From Mobula hypostoma (Eukaryota): a stretch of DNA of 64,000 bases. A program made the translations under genes and the position numbers. How positions within the stretch are numbered: the stretch's first letter is position 1; every line of letters begins with the position of its first letter. Where the stretch lies: contig NC_086097.1 of assembly GCF_963921235.1 (NCBI RefSeq), positions 211,794,001-211,858,000 of the forward strand. Reading direction: 5' to 3'. The notes under the pieces were generated by a model, which did no database searches, was not told where the DNA came from, and saw nothing but the letters and a program-made list of their open reading frames with translations. This document shows positions 38,690-51,879 of the stretch, one piece after another.

Positions 38690-39380
38690 GAGGCATAACT
38701 GAGGCAAGGCGAGGCAACAGGCCCATCACTGAGAGCAAGGAAGGACCGAGGTTCTGAAGATTTAAGCTTCAAGCCAAATTGGAAAGGTTGGTTGCAGGCC
38801 GAATCGAGGAGGTGAGGTTCAGGCACCAGAGCGGATTGGAGTGACTGAACTCAATGGTTGGATGGAGGCTTAAGTGCAGGGCCGAATCGGAAAGGACGGG
38901 TACAGGCCGAGTTGAGGCGGTGGGGTCCTGGCCCTACAGCGTATGGACATGATTGAACCCAATGTTTGGACGTTGATTTAGGCACTGAGCCAAATTGATA
39001 AGTTCAGTTCCAGGGCCAGAGGCAAGGGATGGGCTGGTTCAGATCACTGCTTCACAACAGCTCTGCACTGAACTGTAGGACACATTTTGTGGACTTCAGC
39101 TCAGAGTGCTATTTGCTTGCAGCTACTGTTTTCAAGATGTCTTTTTTTTTCGAACATTGGGTGTTCAACAGTCTTTTTTTATGAGTTCTTTTATTAGCTT
39201 ATGGGTTCTTTTTTCATAGGCATGATGCGTTTTTATTCTCTGCACATTGGGCATTCAACAATCTTTTTTTATATGAGTTCTTTTGGGTTTCTTTGTTTTG
39301 TGGCTGCCTGTAAGGACATGAATTGCAAGGTTGTATAATGTATACATATTTTGATAATAAATGTACATTGAACTTTGAAC
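38690..39380 (+). mobile_element. Non-coding element, same family as 7928-8610
   Basis: Shared body block and tail TTTGATAATAAATGTACATTGAACTTTGAAC. Confidence 0.65.
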
Positions 39381-39976
39381 AGAAGTTTTGCATTCAAATA
39401 GGACTGAGACTATAATCATAAACCAGGTAAGAAATCTAACAATTATGCCTTAGTTTCTTTCATCATTTGTTTGGTAATCATGCTCTTAACACAACTGGGT
39501 GTGTGAATTTTAAACAAAAACAGCAAGAACTCTTAACAACAGTAATTAAATATCTGTGCAATTTAATTATAGTTATAATTTCAGTTTTATACATGATCCC
39601 CAATTCAATGGTTTTCATCATTGTGCCCTATAATGGCAAAATTATTTCATATTTCTCAAATGAGACAATTCCCTTTTTTCTTCAATCTCTAATTCTTCAG
39701 ATCACAAAGTTGATCATATCCCCCTATTTTCTAGACAGTTTGCTTGCATTTCCTAAGCTCAAAATGTACAATCTTATAAACTCTTCTTTATTCTTGGATC
39801 CTCATTCTGTCGAACATAAAACTCCATTGAATAATGAATACATTCTTTCTCTCTTCTAGTGCTTTCACTTTATGTACATCCTTTCTTCCTCTTTCTTTCT
39901 TATTACCAAGCTGGTATAAACTGGTCATTATCTATGAACATCTTTCCCTTTTCCACCCATACTTCCACCATTAATA

Positions 39977-41636
39977 TAAGACCATAAGACCATAAGACCA
40001 TAAAGCATAGGAGCAGAATTAGGCCATTTGGCCCATCAAGTCTGCTCCACCACTCAATCACGGCTGATCCTTTTTTACCCTCCTCAGCCCTACTCCCTGG
40101 TCTTCTCCCTGTAATCTTTGATGCCATATCCAATCAAGAATCTATCTAGTTCTGCCTTAAATACACCCAACGACCCGTGATAATAAATTCCACAAATTCA
40201 CCACTCTCTAGCTAAAGAAATTTCTCTGCATTTCTGTTTTAAATGGACACCTCTCTATCCTGAGGCTGTGTCCTCTTGTCCTAGACTCCCCTACCATGGG
40301 AAACGTCGTATGCACATCTGCTCTGTCTAGGCCTTTCAACATTTGAAAGAGTTCAATGAGATTCCCCCCTCATACTTCTAATTTCCATCAAGTTCAGACC
40401 CAGAGCTAGCAAATATTCCTCGTATGATAACCCTTACAATCCTGGAATCATCCTTGTGAACCTACTCTGGACCCTCTCCAATGCCAGCACATCTTTTCTT
40501 AGATGAGGAGCCCAAAACTGTTCACAACACTCAAGGTGAGGCCTCACCGGTGCCTTATAAAGCCTCAGCATCACATCCCTACTCTTGTATTCTAGATCTC
40601 TTGAAATGAATGCTAACATTACATTTGCCTTCCTCACCACCAACTCAACCTGAAAATTAACCTTTAGGGTGTTCTGCACAAGGACTCCCAAGTCCCTTTG
40701 CATCTCAGATTTTTGGATTTTCTCCCCATTTAGAAAATAGTTTGCACATTTATTTCTACTATGAAAGTGCATGACCATGCATTTTCCAATATTGTATTTC
40801 ATTTGCCACTTTCTTGCCCATTCTTCTAATCTGTCTCAGTCATTCTGCATCCTACCTGTTTCCTCAACACTACCTGCTCCTTCACAAATCATCATATTAT
40901 CTGCAAACCTGGCAACAAAGCCATCTATTCCATCATCTAAATCATTGATATACAGCATAAAAAGAAGTGGTCCCAACACCGACCCCTGCGGAACACCACT
41001 AGTCACTGGCAGCCAACCAGAAAAGGATCCTTTTATTCTCTCCTGCTGCCTCATACCAATCAGCCAATGCTCTTACCATGTTAGTATCTTCTTGTAATAC
41101 CATGGATAAGCAGCCTCATGTGTGGCACCTTGTCAAAGGCCTTCCAAATACACAACATCCACTATATCCCCTTTATCTATCCTACTTCTAATCTCCTCAA
41201 AGAATTCCAACAGGTCATCGGGCAGGATTTTCCCTTAAGGAAACCATACTGACTTTGTCCTATCTTGTCCTGTGTCATCCTTAACAATTGACTCTAACAT
41301 CTTCCTAACCACTGAGGTCAGGCTAACTGGTCTATAATTTCCTTTCTGCTGCCTTCCTCCTTTTGTAAAGAGTGGAGTGACATTTGCAATTTTCCAGTCC
41401 TCTGGCACCATGCCCAAGTCCGATGACTTTTAAAAGATCATTACTAATGTCTCCACAATCTCTATCGCTACCTCTTTCAGAACCCTAGGGTGTAGTTCAT
41501 CTGGTCCGGCTGACTTATGTATGTTTAGGTTTTTCAACTTTTTGAGTAACTTCTCCCTTGTAATAGTAACTGCACTCACTTCTCTCTCCTCACACCCTTC
41601 TACATCTGGCACACTGCTAGTGTGTTCCACAGTGAA
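39977..41636 (-). mobile_element. CR1 LINE fragment, disrupted
   Basis: ORFs 41430-41672, 41235-41417, 40836-41054 and 40434-40802 ([26 protein letters not shown]); (ACCATAAG)n tail. Confidence 0.92.
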
Positions 41637-42098
41637 GTAAATCTTGTCAGTATTCAGTCGGTCGGCCATCATTGACCCCAGTCACTTGGAATCAGTTGAA
41701 ATTCTATGGCTACAAGAACAAGTTATCCTGTGGTGAAGGACTCATCTTTTGACATCTACAAGGAACAAGGCAGGGCTGTGATGAAATCATCTTCCCTTAC
41801 CTGGATGAGTTCAGCCAAAACAGCACTCAGGAAGCTCAAAACTATTTAGAACAAAGCAACTTGGTTGATGGGCACCCCATGAAGCACTCAAAATATTCAT
41901 TCCCTCCACTTACAAATTCCTGTAGCTGCAGATTATACAGTAATATCTGCAGAAGTCCTATGGTTACTCTCCTTGGCCTCTCTAAGAGCGCTTCTCAAAT
42001 CAGTGACCTCTTTCATCATGGAAAGGACAAGAGCATCAGAAGCATGAGAACATCATGTGTACTGAACGTTGTGCTTCACACTGTCCTGACTTGCCATG

Positions 42099-42414
42099 TG
42101 TGGGCACGTGGCCAAGTGGTTAAGGCATTGGACTAGCAACCTGAAGGTCGTGAGTTCAAGCCCCAGCCGAGGCAGCGTGTTGTGTCCTTGAGCAAGGCAT
42201 TTAAACACATATTGCTCTGCAACGACACTGGTGCCAAGCTGTATGGGTCCTAATGCCCTTCCCTTGGACAACATTGGTGTCGTGGAGAGGGGAGACTTGC
42301 AGCATGGGCAACTGCTGGTCTTCTATACAACCTTGCTCAGGCCTACGCCCTGGAGAGTGAAGACTTTCCAGGTGCAGATCCATGGTCTCACAAGACTAAC
42401 GGATGCCTTTTATT
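42099..42414 (+). mobile_element. tRNA-derived CORE-like SINE with RTE-like 3' end, inside an old LINE remnant (~41760-42575)
   Basis: A box TGGCCAAGTGG, B box GAGTTCAAGCC, CORE-like GTGTCCTTGAGCAAGGCATTTAA, 3' end CATGGTCTCACAAGACTAACGGATGCC and a T/A-rich tail. Confidence 0.8.
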
Positions 42415-44009
42415 TTATCTTTACCATCTTGGAATCTAAATTCTGGAACTCCCAACCATTGGCATTGTGGGAGTAGCTTTATGGGAAGGACTATAGATTC
42501 AAGAAGGTGACCTATCAGCACTTTCTCAGGAGCCATGAAGAATAGACAATAAGTATTGGCCCGCAGTGACACTGTGAGAAATATTCTCAGCCCAAGCCAT
42601 CCAACCATACTGTAAGTATTACCAGCAGTTCTCAACATTTACTCTAATGTGGGTTAGATTTAAGTGCCTTTTTCAATGGACTTCTGAATCATGAAACTTG
42701 CTCTCAGGTACGACTGTATTTCTGACTGTGTGTAGGCAAGACCCTAATCCAAATCACTGCCGAGACAACTTCAAGACCTGGAACAGTTTGGAGAGGAACA
42801 TTGCCAACTATAAAAGCTGTAGTTAATTTAACTATTTCACAAGTATCTTACATTCAGAGACATTTAAAAACAAATCAATGGTTAAATTAGAAAATAAAAT
42901 GACATAAAATAATTATTTTTAAAAAATGAAGTATTAAAGTAGAAAAGTATACTTTTAAGAGGTAACAGCTTCTCCTTTGCCTTCTAAATCATTCTCAGCT
43001 ATGTGGAGTCCAATGATGGAGCAAATTAATTGACTTGGCCTTCTACATCTGTTAATAACTTCCAGACTTCATGTCAGTCCCTGCATGCACATAAGCCCAT
43101 GACTGCAGTTTCAACAGCTCAACAACAGCATGAGCAAGCAAGATCCAGCCCATAATATTCTTAATATGGCACCGAATGGAGTCCAGTATTCTGCAGATAA
43201 CAACATCTTCAGAGATTCACTAAGTTTGCCCAAGCATACCTCATTCCGGATTGAGTGGAAACTTTCATCCCATCTATCTGGGTGTACAAATAACAGAAAG
43301 CTGATTAAGTCATTTTCTTTATATTTGTTTTCTGATTTGTTGATTCATTTAAGTATCTTATTTCTTTCAACAGTTTTTGCAGCTAACAGCTGATATTTGC
43401 CTCAGTTTACAAATCATCTTTCATTTGAATTATCCATTTCACAAATATATATTTAACATAATTGCTTTTTTCTTGTAAACAGAAAGAAATACATTTTCTG
43501 GAATTATCATATCAGGAATCAAGATGTCATTATGCTTTTAATACCAAAATGTAAATTAGGAAGCATAAGTTATGGAATCCATTAACCACCCAGAGAATGA
43601 GGCCCAGCAGGCATTATTCAATAAGCATTTGGAAATGTGATCTATTTTCCATCCATTGGTCTAAAGAATAAAGCACAATATTGTTAAAGTGAGTTTGCAT
43701 TTAATCTCACTTGATGATTATAAATATTATTTCCAATACTTCCTCGACATTCAGAGTTTATCAGTCTTATGCATCTACGTTAAACAAAAGCACAGCAGCC
43801 AATTCTCATTTCTTAACTCCTCTACTCCTTACTCAAATTGTCAGTGTTGAAACTCTTTTTTTTCTGATTATTCCCACTTTCACTCAGTATCAGTAGCAGG
43901 GCGGGTACAGTATGAGGTAGGTGGAGGCACAAAGCTCTCTTAACATAAACTCAGCAAAGTATTAGTGTTTGGAGAAATAGATAGAAATGATCTTCTATGA
44001 TATAACCCT

Positions 44010-44011
44010 CT

Positions 44012-44042
<31 letters not shown>

Positions 44043-44310
44043 ACACAGAAACAGGCCCTTCACCCTACCTAGTCCTTGCTGAAACCATTTAACAATTTAA
44101 TCTGCCTACTCCCATTGGCCTGCACTGGGACCATATTCCTCCATGCCCCTGCTATCCATATACCTGTCTGAACTTCTCTTAAACGTTGAAATCGAGCCTG
44201 CATGCACCAGTTGTGCTCTCACAACTCCCTGAGTGAAGAAGTTTCCCCTCATGTTCCCCTTAAACTTTTCCCCTTTCACCCTTAACCCATGACCTCTGGC
44301 TGTAGTTCCA
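44010..44310 (-). mobile_element. CR1 3' end with (GA)n tract
   Basis: ACAGAAACAGGCCCTT..TGAGTGAAGAAGTTTCCCC..AACCCATGACCTCTGG = reverse complement of the CR1 C-terminus and 3'UTR. Confidence 0.85.
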
Positions 44311-45013
44311 TGTTGTTCTTGTCCAGGATGTATTGTGGAAAATTATCTCTGCTTCCCCACAGGGCAAAGGGAAATTTAGGACAGAAAGAAGATCCTGAAG
44401 AGAGCACTGAAAGAGATATCAAATCATCATGTATACAATCATTTACAACTAATCCTAGGAAAAACACCTGGATCTTATTTGAGGAAACTAGAATATCAAA
44501 CTCAGAAATCCTCTGTGTATTTATGGTAACATTGACTAAATACTACAATTTGAAAATACCATATACCAAAACCAAGATCATTATGCAAAATACCATTTTG
44601 AAAATCCATTCTCCCCATGCATTACTGTCTTCATATTTCGCTCTCTTCGGCTGAACATGACTATTCATTCCCAGGACACTCAGGACACAATAAACATGCT
44701 GCAAATACACATGCTCAGAAAGTCGTGTCTGACTAAAAGCTACCCCAATTCTCAGAGGCGCATTTTCTAGGAACAGAATGAAAGTAGAAGATATCAAAGT
44801 CTGGTATATTCACGACTAATATCCATTGAACACACATTAGACAGGACAATGTCATCTCTTTTTGCCCTCTGTTCAGCACTAATAGAATCAGGCTGCACTG
44901 ATATCTCTCAGTACCAGTGGGCAAAGTTGTTACACAGGGCCTACCAGACATTACCCTCGTGAGGAGAGAGTATCTGACTATAATGTCTTTAGAAAAGCTT
45001 TAAGGTATACTAT

Positions 45014-45938
45014 TGTAACCAGGTGACTGTCGGATCTTATTCAGTATCGTTAAAAGTGTACTTAGGCAGCCATCCGGGTAATGCTAGAATAGTTGTCTCT
45101 GCCTTTAAGGGAGACGGTGATGTCATTACGCACGCGCGGGATAGTGGGGAGACCATTTTGCTTTCGGCTGAAGACGTGGTAAGGTGTTGAAATTGGGCCT
45201 CTCCCAGAGTGTGCTGGGCATGGTGAGGAAAGGTGAGCATTAATTGACGCTATCCATGTGAATTCATTTATGCTTGTTGGCGGATCAAGAATATCGGTAA
45301 TTTGACATGTTTTACATGTGGATGCTTTAGATTTTCTGGAGTAAGCGATTCAACGCTGGGTTGTGTGATTTGGGCAGAGTTCCTCACCAGCCAAGTAGGT
45401 CAGTCTTCCTGTAATTTAACTACCAGGCAATACCTTGTAAAAGTCGTGCCAAAGTGTACCTTTTGTCTAACTTTATTGTATCAGGACTGATTGTGCATGT
45501 AACCGCGTAGCGTGAATGTTTAGTCTCTGTTCGGAAGTTCAGCACGTGTACGTCTTGGATGAGATGTATTCACTTACGTTTTTCGCTGTTATGTATAAGA
45601 TGCAGGGTGGGTGGTATTGTTTGTATTGTGTTCCTTCAGGATTGCCACTACCGTATTTGTTCCATATTTGTACAGTGTTTGTACTGTATTAGTTCTGGTA
45701 TTTTTATACTGCATACGCAATTCTGTCCATACACAAGGGTGTGAATCGGAAGTTAAACTGAGATTGTAACGGCAAGAACTGGTTGTAAATTAGTTTGTTT
45801 TGTTTCGTGACCCTCTACTGGCACTTAAACATCGAAAACCGATAAAGGAATTAAAACCCGAAAAAGTCTTTGTTGTCCTGAGTGTGTACTTTTCCCCAGG
45901 CTACTCTATTTATGAGGCAGTAATTTATTTATAAAACA
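45014..45938 (+). mobile_element. Possible solo LTR (CpG-rich, non-coding)
   Basis: TGTAAC start, CpG-dense 5' part, ATTAAA near 45850 and AAAACA end. No TSD seen. Confidence 0.4.
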
Positions 45939-46196
45939 GAGCATTTTATATGTACTGTCCTCAGTCTCCTGATACACTAACATTATTGCATTATTACAGT
46001 ACGTACATGTCACAAGTCAAAAGGAAGCAGTATGTCCACACACATAGACATACAAACTACAAAATATACATGCATTCTGAAGCACAGCAACGCCAATTGG
46101 CAATGATTAATATGGTGAAGCCTGAATAGATTGCAAGTGGGATTCAGCAGATGCAACTTTCTCGATGAAGTCACATAGCCTCTACACAATCAACTA

Positions 46197-46530
46197 CAGG
46201 AGCTCCCTGGGTTATAAATGACTTCACTTACGGAAATCCGACTTTGCACTAATTCTCCTATACATTTTAAAGCACTTTTCAAGATAGTGATAATAATTAT
46301 AGTAGTGGTAGTAATAATTAAATGTTTTGTAAGGTATTCAGTAATCTCTGGATGCAATATATGTTCCGTTACTTTAATCAATGTTAGGGTGATTATTCAA
46401 TGAAATGAATGTATGTGTAGAGTGATGCAATATGGGTTACTATAAATACTGGACAATTCTGACCTATGGAAAAAATGGTTTGTGGGCATTTACCAGGAAT
46501 AGAACCCTTATGCGACCCGGCAACTGCCTG
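46197..46530. mobile_element. Tigger/pogo-like MITE
   Basis: TA-CAGGAGCTCCCTGGGTTA ... GACCCGGCAACTGCCTG-TA imperfect TIRs with TA TSD. Confidence 0.65.
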
Positions 46531-47999
46531 TAGTGTGTATGCCAGCGGAATCAAACAATCAGTCCTCCCTAGAGATGCATTGCGGTACTATGATATACTC
46601 TGAAAGATTCAGTTTCTCCGGTATTAGTTCTATTAATATTGGGTGAGGGTCCAATCAAATCAGGATGAAAAGGATGTAAATGTCTTAAACATAATTTAAA
46701 GGAGAAATTGCAAACTCGACTGCTTTCACTTTAAGACCTGGGTGTGACCTCCTAAACAGGAGTGAATAATTTGATGCGTTAGCAGTAAATAACAAGAAAT
46801 TTTTACAATGGCTTCATCCACCCATCCACACTCTGGTGAAGATTAATAAGATTAATTTCAAGGTCACTATAAAGAATTTGTTCTCTACAGGAGCTCTTAG
46901 ATTTGACTCCAAATAAACTTACCGAAGAAAACGGAGTACAAGGAACTTACGGATCTATTACTTTGTACCTCTTATTCACAATTTATTTCTATATTTTCTT
47001 ATATCATCTTTCTTACCAAATCATAGTATTCACATTTTCCCCAATACACCTCCCTTGTCTCATCCCAAACAGTGTGCCGTTTATTAGCTTTTCACCATGA
47101 AAATAAATAAGATAGCTTTGCCAGTAGCATTCCCTGACCTTTGTTGTAACCACAGGGACAGCAAAATGATAAAGAAGGAGAAACCGTCATAGCAGATAAA
47201 GTTAAAGGTAGCCAAATTACACTGGCCATGTAAAGAGAATGTTTGAGGAGGAGAGTTTGGTTCTAGTGGAGTGTACATATTGATAAGTTGGAAAAGAAAT
47301 AAATTGCCGTCGCACAAGGGGGACAGAGAGATACTGTAGATGTTGATTCTTCAGAATGAACAGGACGAGCATTCTCAGAAAAGGTATGTATTACATTCAT
47401 ACAATGAGACATTAAGCAGTGGAAGACATCTGGGCTGGCTCAATGTGCCGTGGCAGATTCACTTTGACAAGAAACTTGCAGTCAGGACTTGCAGTATAGT
47501 TATTGGCATTACTTTGCTATTTGGCAAAGAGAAGTTGTAACTTATTGCAGAGGCTCAATAAATGTCAGTGTTGCAGCAGCTGAACTTTACTCTTCAAATG
47601 TAGGGCCATAAAAATAATGGAAACTAGACAAACAGATGCAGCTGAACAATATTAGTTACTGAAATCAGCAAATAAACTGGGGACAGTAGGGCAGTATTTG
47701 AATCTTGTACAAAGATTAATGCCAACACTAACAAAGCAAACTGCTATTTTGGAGTCATCTGGTTACTCACTTCTATGGCCTAAATATTCAAATCAGGAAG
47801 GTACTGGCTCATTTACCCTGCTCTAATATAACAGCGACATCTTTCCAATAATCAGCACCGAGATCCATGCACTTCTCATATTCACCCATTAGTTAGCCAC
47901 TGAACATGTCAGAAAATTAAGCTGGTGCATCAGGTCAAAATGAATATTTAACAAAGTCATATAATATTTCCTGCCTTCTTTGCATGGAAAATTGGAGAA

Positions 48000-49318
48000 T
48001 ATGTGATAGGAAGGCTGTCAGAGTTTGCAGCGGGAATTGGACCAACTTCAAGAACAGTCTGAAAAATGGCAGATTGAATTTAAAGCAGACAAATGTGAAG
48101 TGATGTCCTTTGGAAGGACAACCCAGGGAGGACTTACACAGTGAACAGCAGGACACAGAAGAATGCAGTAAACAGAGGAATCTGAGAACTCAGATCCATA
48201 ATTCATTGAAAGAGGCAACACAGAGAGATAGGGTTGTAAAGAGAGCTTTTGCCACATTAGTCTTAATAAATCAACGTACTAAGTGCAGGAATTGAAATAT
48301 TATGTTGAAGTTGTACAAGGTGTAATGCCGAGGCTTATAAGGCATTGGTCGGACTGCATTTGCAGTATTGTGAGTGGTTTTCAGCCCCTTGTCTAACAAA
48401 GAATGTGCTGGCACTGGAGAGGGTCCAGAAAATGCTCACGAGAATGATCCTGGGAATGAAAGAGTTAAAATATGATAGAATTTGATGGCTCTGGGTCTAT
48501 ACTCACTGGAACTCAGAAAAATGAGGGTTGTTCTCATACAAAACCTATCGAATATTGAAAGGCCTAGATAGAGTGGACATCGAGAGGATGTTTCCTATAG
48601 TGGGGGAATCTAGGATCTGAGGGCACAGACTCAGATCAGAACGGCAGACCTTTAGAAGAGAGATGAGGAGGAATTTTGTTAGTAGAGTGGTGAATATGTG
48701 GAATTCATTGTCATAGATGGCTATGGAGGTCAAGATATTAGGCATATTTAAAGCAGAAGTTGATAGCTTCTAGGGTAGTAAGGTTATCAAAGGTTACGGG
48801 GAGAAGGCAGGAGAATGGGGTTGAGAGGACTTGATAGCCCAAATGGCCTAGTTATGCTGTGAGTCTTATGGTCTACGATGTTGGTAAGGCCAAATTTAGA
48901 GTATTATGTACAGTTTTGGTCACCTACATGTAGGAAGGATATCAATATCAAAAAGATTGAAAGAGATTTACCAAAATTATGAGCAGTATAGATAAGGTTA
49001 ATGCAGCAGGTTTTTTTCCTCTGAGGTTCTGTGAGACTAGAACAAGAGATCATAGGTTAAGGGTGAAAGGTGAAATACTGTAAGGGAACCTGAGGGGAAC
49101 TTCTTCACTCAGAGGGTGGCGTGAGTGCGGAACGAGCTGTCAGCGGAGGCGCTGGATATGAGTTCGATAGCAGCATTCAAGAGAAGTTTGGATAGGCACT
49201 TAGATGGGAGAAGTATGGAGAGCTAAGGTCCAGATGGGAGTCGATGGGACTAAGCAACAGGGACGTGATGGGCCAAAAGGCCTGCTTCTGTGCTATAGTG
49301 CTTTATGACTCTATGACT
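48000..49318 (+). mobile_element. Old CR1 with a second CR1 3' fragment (48321-48876) nested inside
   Basis: Two successive CR1 C-terminal/3'UTR segments with different tails (TCTTATGGTCT; TATGACTCTATGACT). Confidence 0.8.
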
Positions 49319-49754
49319 GTAATGGAAATCCATCACTCATGTCACACCTCCCCAGGTCCCACAGACTTAGTCAATGGGAATAGGCAGAAATATAGTTCGG
49401 CATGGGCCTGTTTCTAGGCTGTACCACTCTATGACCCCATAATGTAATAATTCTTATTCTTTCAGAATATATTAATTGTTAGAGTCCTGGAATTAATTAA
49501 ATATTCTGATTTATACTTCATGGTATTGACTCTGAGGGGTAGAAGTTCCTCCACAGTTGAATGCCCTAAATGTACTATATGACAACGGGCTGTTTATTCA
49601 GTTTCATTTCCTTGAAGACAATAGGTGGCTGGAAAGGCAGGGTGCATTCCTACACCACCTGCGATAAAATGCAAGGTCATCTGAAACCTCAGAAGAAAAA
49701 ATGTGCAGAGGAATCAATGGGCAACAGAGTATAGGTGGCAGCAAAGAGTATTTA

Positions 49755-50028
49755 GAGACACAGAGCTGAACGGGCCTTTCTGGACCAATGAGTCATGCCA
49801 CCCAACAACCCGCCTATTTAACACTAGCTTAATCACAGGACAATTTACGTACTAACCGGTACATTTTTGTACCAAGGGAGGAAACTGGAACACCCGGATG
49901 AAACTCATGTGATCAAGGGGAAAATGTACAAATTCCTTACAGACAGCACCAAAATTGAATACCAAACTCCAACACCCCAAGCTGTAGTAGTCTAGTGTTG
50001 CCCTAACCACTACACTACCATGGCACCC
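49755..50028 (-). mobile_element. HE1/V-SINE-like SINE
   Basis: GGGAGGAAACTGGAACACCCGGATGAAACTCA = reverse complement of the V-domain core. tRNA-like head (CTAACCACTACACTACC) and a CR1-like tail. Confidence 0.75.
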
Positions 50029-51879
50029 TGGGAGAGGACATTTATTTTAAAATAAAACTGAATACAAATATTATTCAATATCTTTGGTCAAAAATACAGC
50101 TGGAGTGAAAGGATAGAAGACCATTAAGTTTCTTGAGTTCAGTTGATCGTGGATCTGTTTTCATGTATGACAGAGTCACAAATGCTGTATATATTTGGAA
50201 TGCTCCAGACAACATGTCAAATCTTAAAGATAGAGTTTATAGAAACTACTCTATACCTCTGTGTGGACATATTCACCCATTCTAGTTCTGAAAAGCAAGT
50301 CATCTTTTAACCCTGCTTTACTAAAGGTGTCAAAGCCTGTCAACCTTTCCTAGCCGATGGAACGTGGTAGAATTCTAGTCTTCAGCTCCTAAGGGAGCCA
50401 TAGATAGACCCTCATGAAGATAGATAATCTTTGTCTAGGAACTTCCTGGGGCCTTGCCAAATTTCAACCTTCATATGAAAAGATTTTCAGTGAAGGTTTA
50501 CAGGAAATATTATGGATAGTCCTGGACCTCACTCAGATAATCCATCCACACTGAGAGAACAGAAGACTGTATTCATCCATCTTTCTCTGTTAAAGTTAGA
50601 AGAAATAGGATCTGAAGCAGGTTGGACTTGTGTTTCAAAACATTTCCATTTTATCACCAAGACTGTCAACCTGGTAATTCAAATGTAACTCTAAGATTGT
50701 GTGGGGGTGTTTATTGTTATTGGCTAAGGTTTGTCTTGACTGGCCAGGAAGGAATGTTCTCAGCATCTCCTAACACACTCTGCCAACATACCCAAATATC
50801 AACTTATCTTGGAGGTTGTAGTTGCAAAATTCCAGTTGTTGTATTTCTCAACTGATCCTAGGGTTATGACTACTCATGAAGTTGATTCCATTCAGGGCCA
50901 CCAGCTCAGTTCTCAATCTGGAAAATTAGAAAGGAAAAACGTGTCTCATCAAATTCAGATCAAAACAATCAAGCTCCTACATAAATACCAAGTGTGTTGT
51001 GCAGTATCGGATTGTTAGCAGTGCTGCTCCCCCTTCTAGGTCACTATCTTTCTCCTATCACCCTTCCTCACCTATTCCCCTTCTCCTGTCTTTCCTTATT
51101 GTCTCCCTCTCTTCCCGCTTTTCCTCCTCTCTCGCAGGGAATGATACGGCTTCATATGGATATAGCCCAAGGGCAACGTTTGCTGTGGGCAGTAATTTTG
51201 TGGGCTGGGCTTTCATGTGCAGAGTTTATCATGTGTATATTTTTGGTGGAAGTGTTTTTAGTTGGTAAGGTTGTTGGAGCAAGGTTCATTGTGTGCAATG
51301 ATTACTGTGCTTAAGGCTTCTCATCGCCAAGGCTTGTAGTAGGCAGCTCTTTTGTGGATGAGGCATTGTCGTGGGCCAAAGCTCACGGGCATGGATTAAT
51401 ATAAGCAGAGCTTTCTTGGAAATGAATTGTTTTGGGAAAGGGCTTACTGCGGACAAGATCCTGTGGCAAGGATCTCTATGGGAAAATGAAAACCAAAAGA
51501 CTGCAGACATTGGAAATCTAAAACAAAAACACCCAACAAATCAGGCACCACATGTGAAAAAGAAGTAGATATGTCACTGATCTGATGAAGGGCATTCAAC
51601 CTGGGATGTTAAATGCTACTCTTTCCACAGATGCTTTTTGATGTTTAAAGTGTTTTTAACACTTTATGTTTTTGTTCCCTATGACAAAGATTGTTATGGC
51701 AAGGATTGTTGTGAGCAGGGAATATTTTGTCTTGCTGAGCAGTTCCCCTCCAACAGTTCCCCCTGGTTTATGGTTAGCTATAAGCAGATTTTGATCTCTG
51801 ACTGGAAAATCCCAGGCCAAAGACTCCTTCCAGGCTTGGGGTTTGACCTTGTGTGCCAAGATGAGGAAAATCATAATTG

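Noticed and set aside
39467..39859. 130-aa hydrophobic ORF
   Set aside because: AT-rich low-complexity sequence with a non-ATG start and no recognisable motif.
42099..42175. tRNA gene
   Set aside because: The tRNA-like sequence continues into a SINE core and tail and lacks a convincing acceptor stem.
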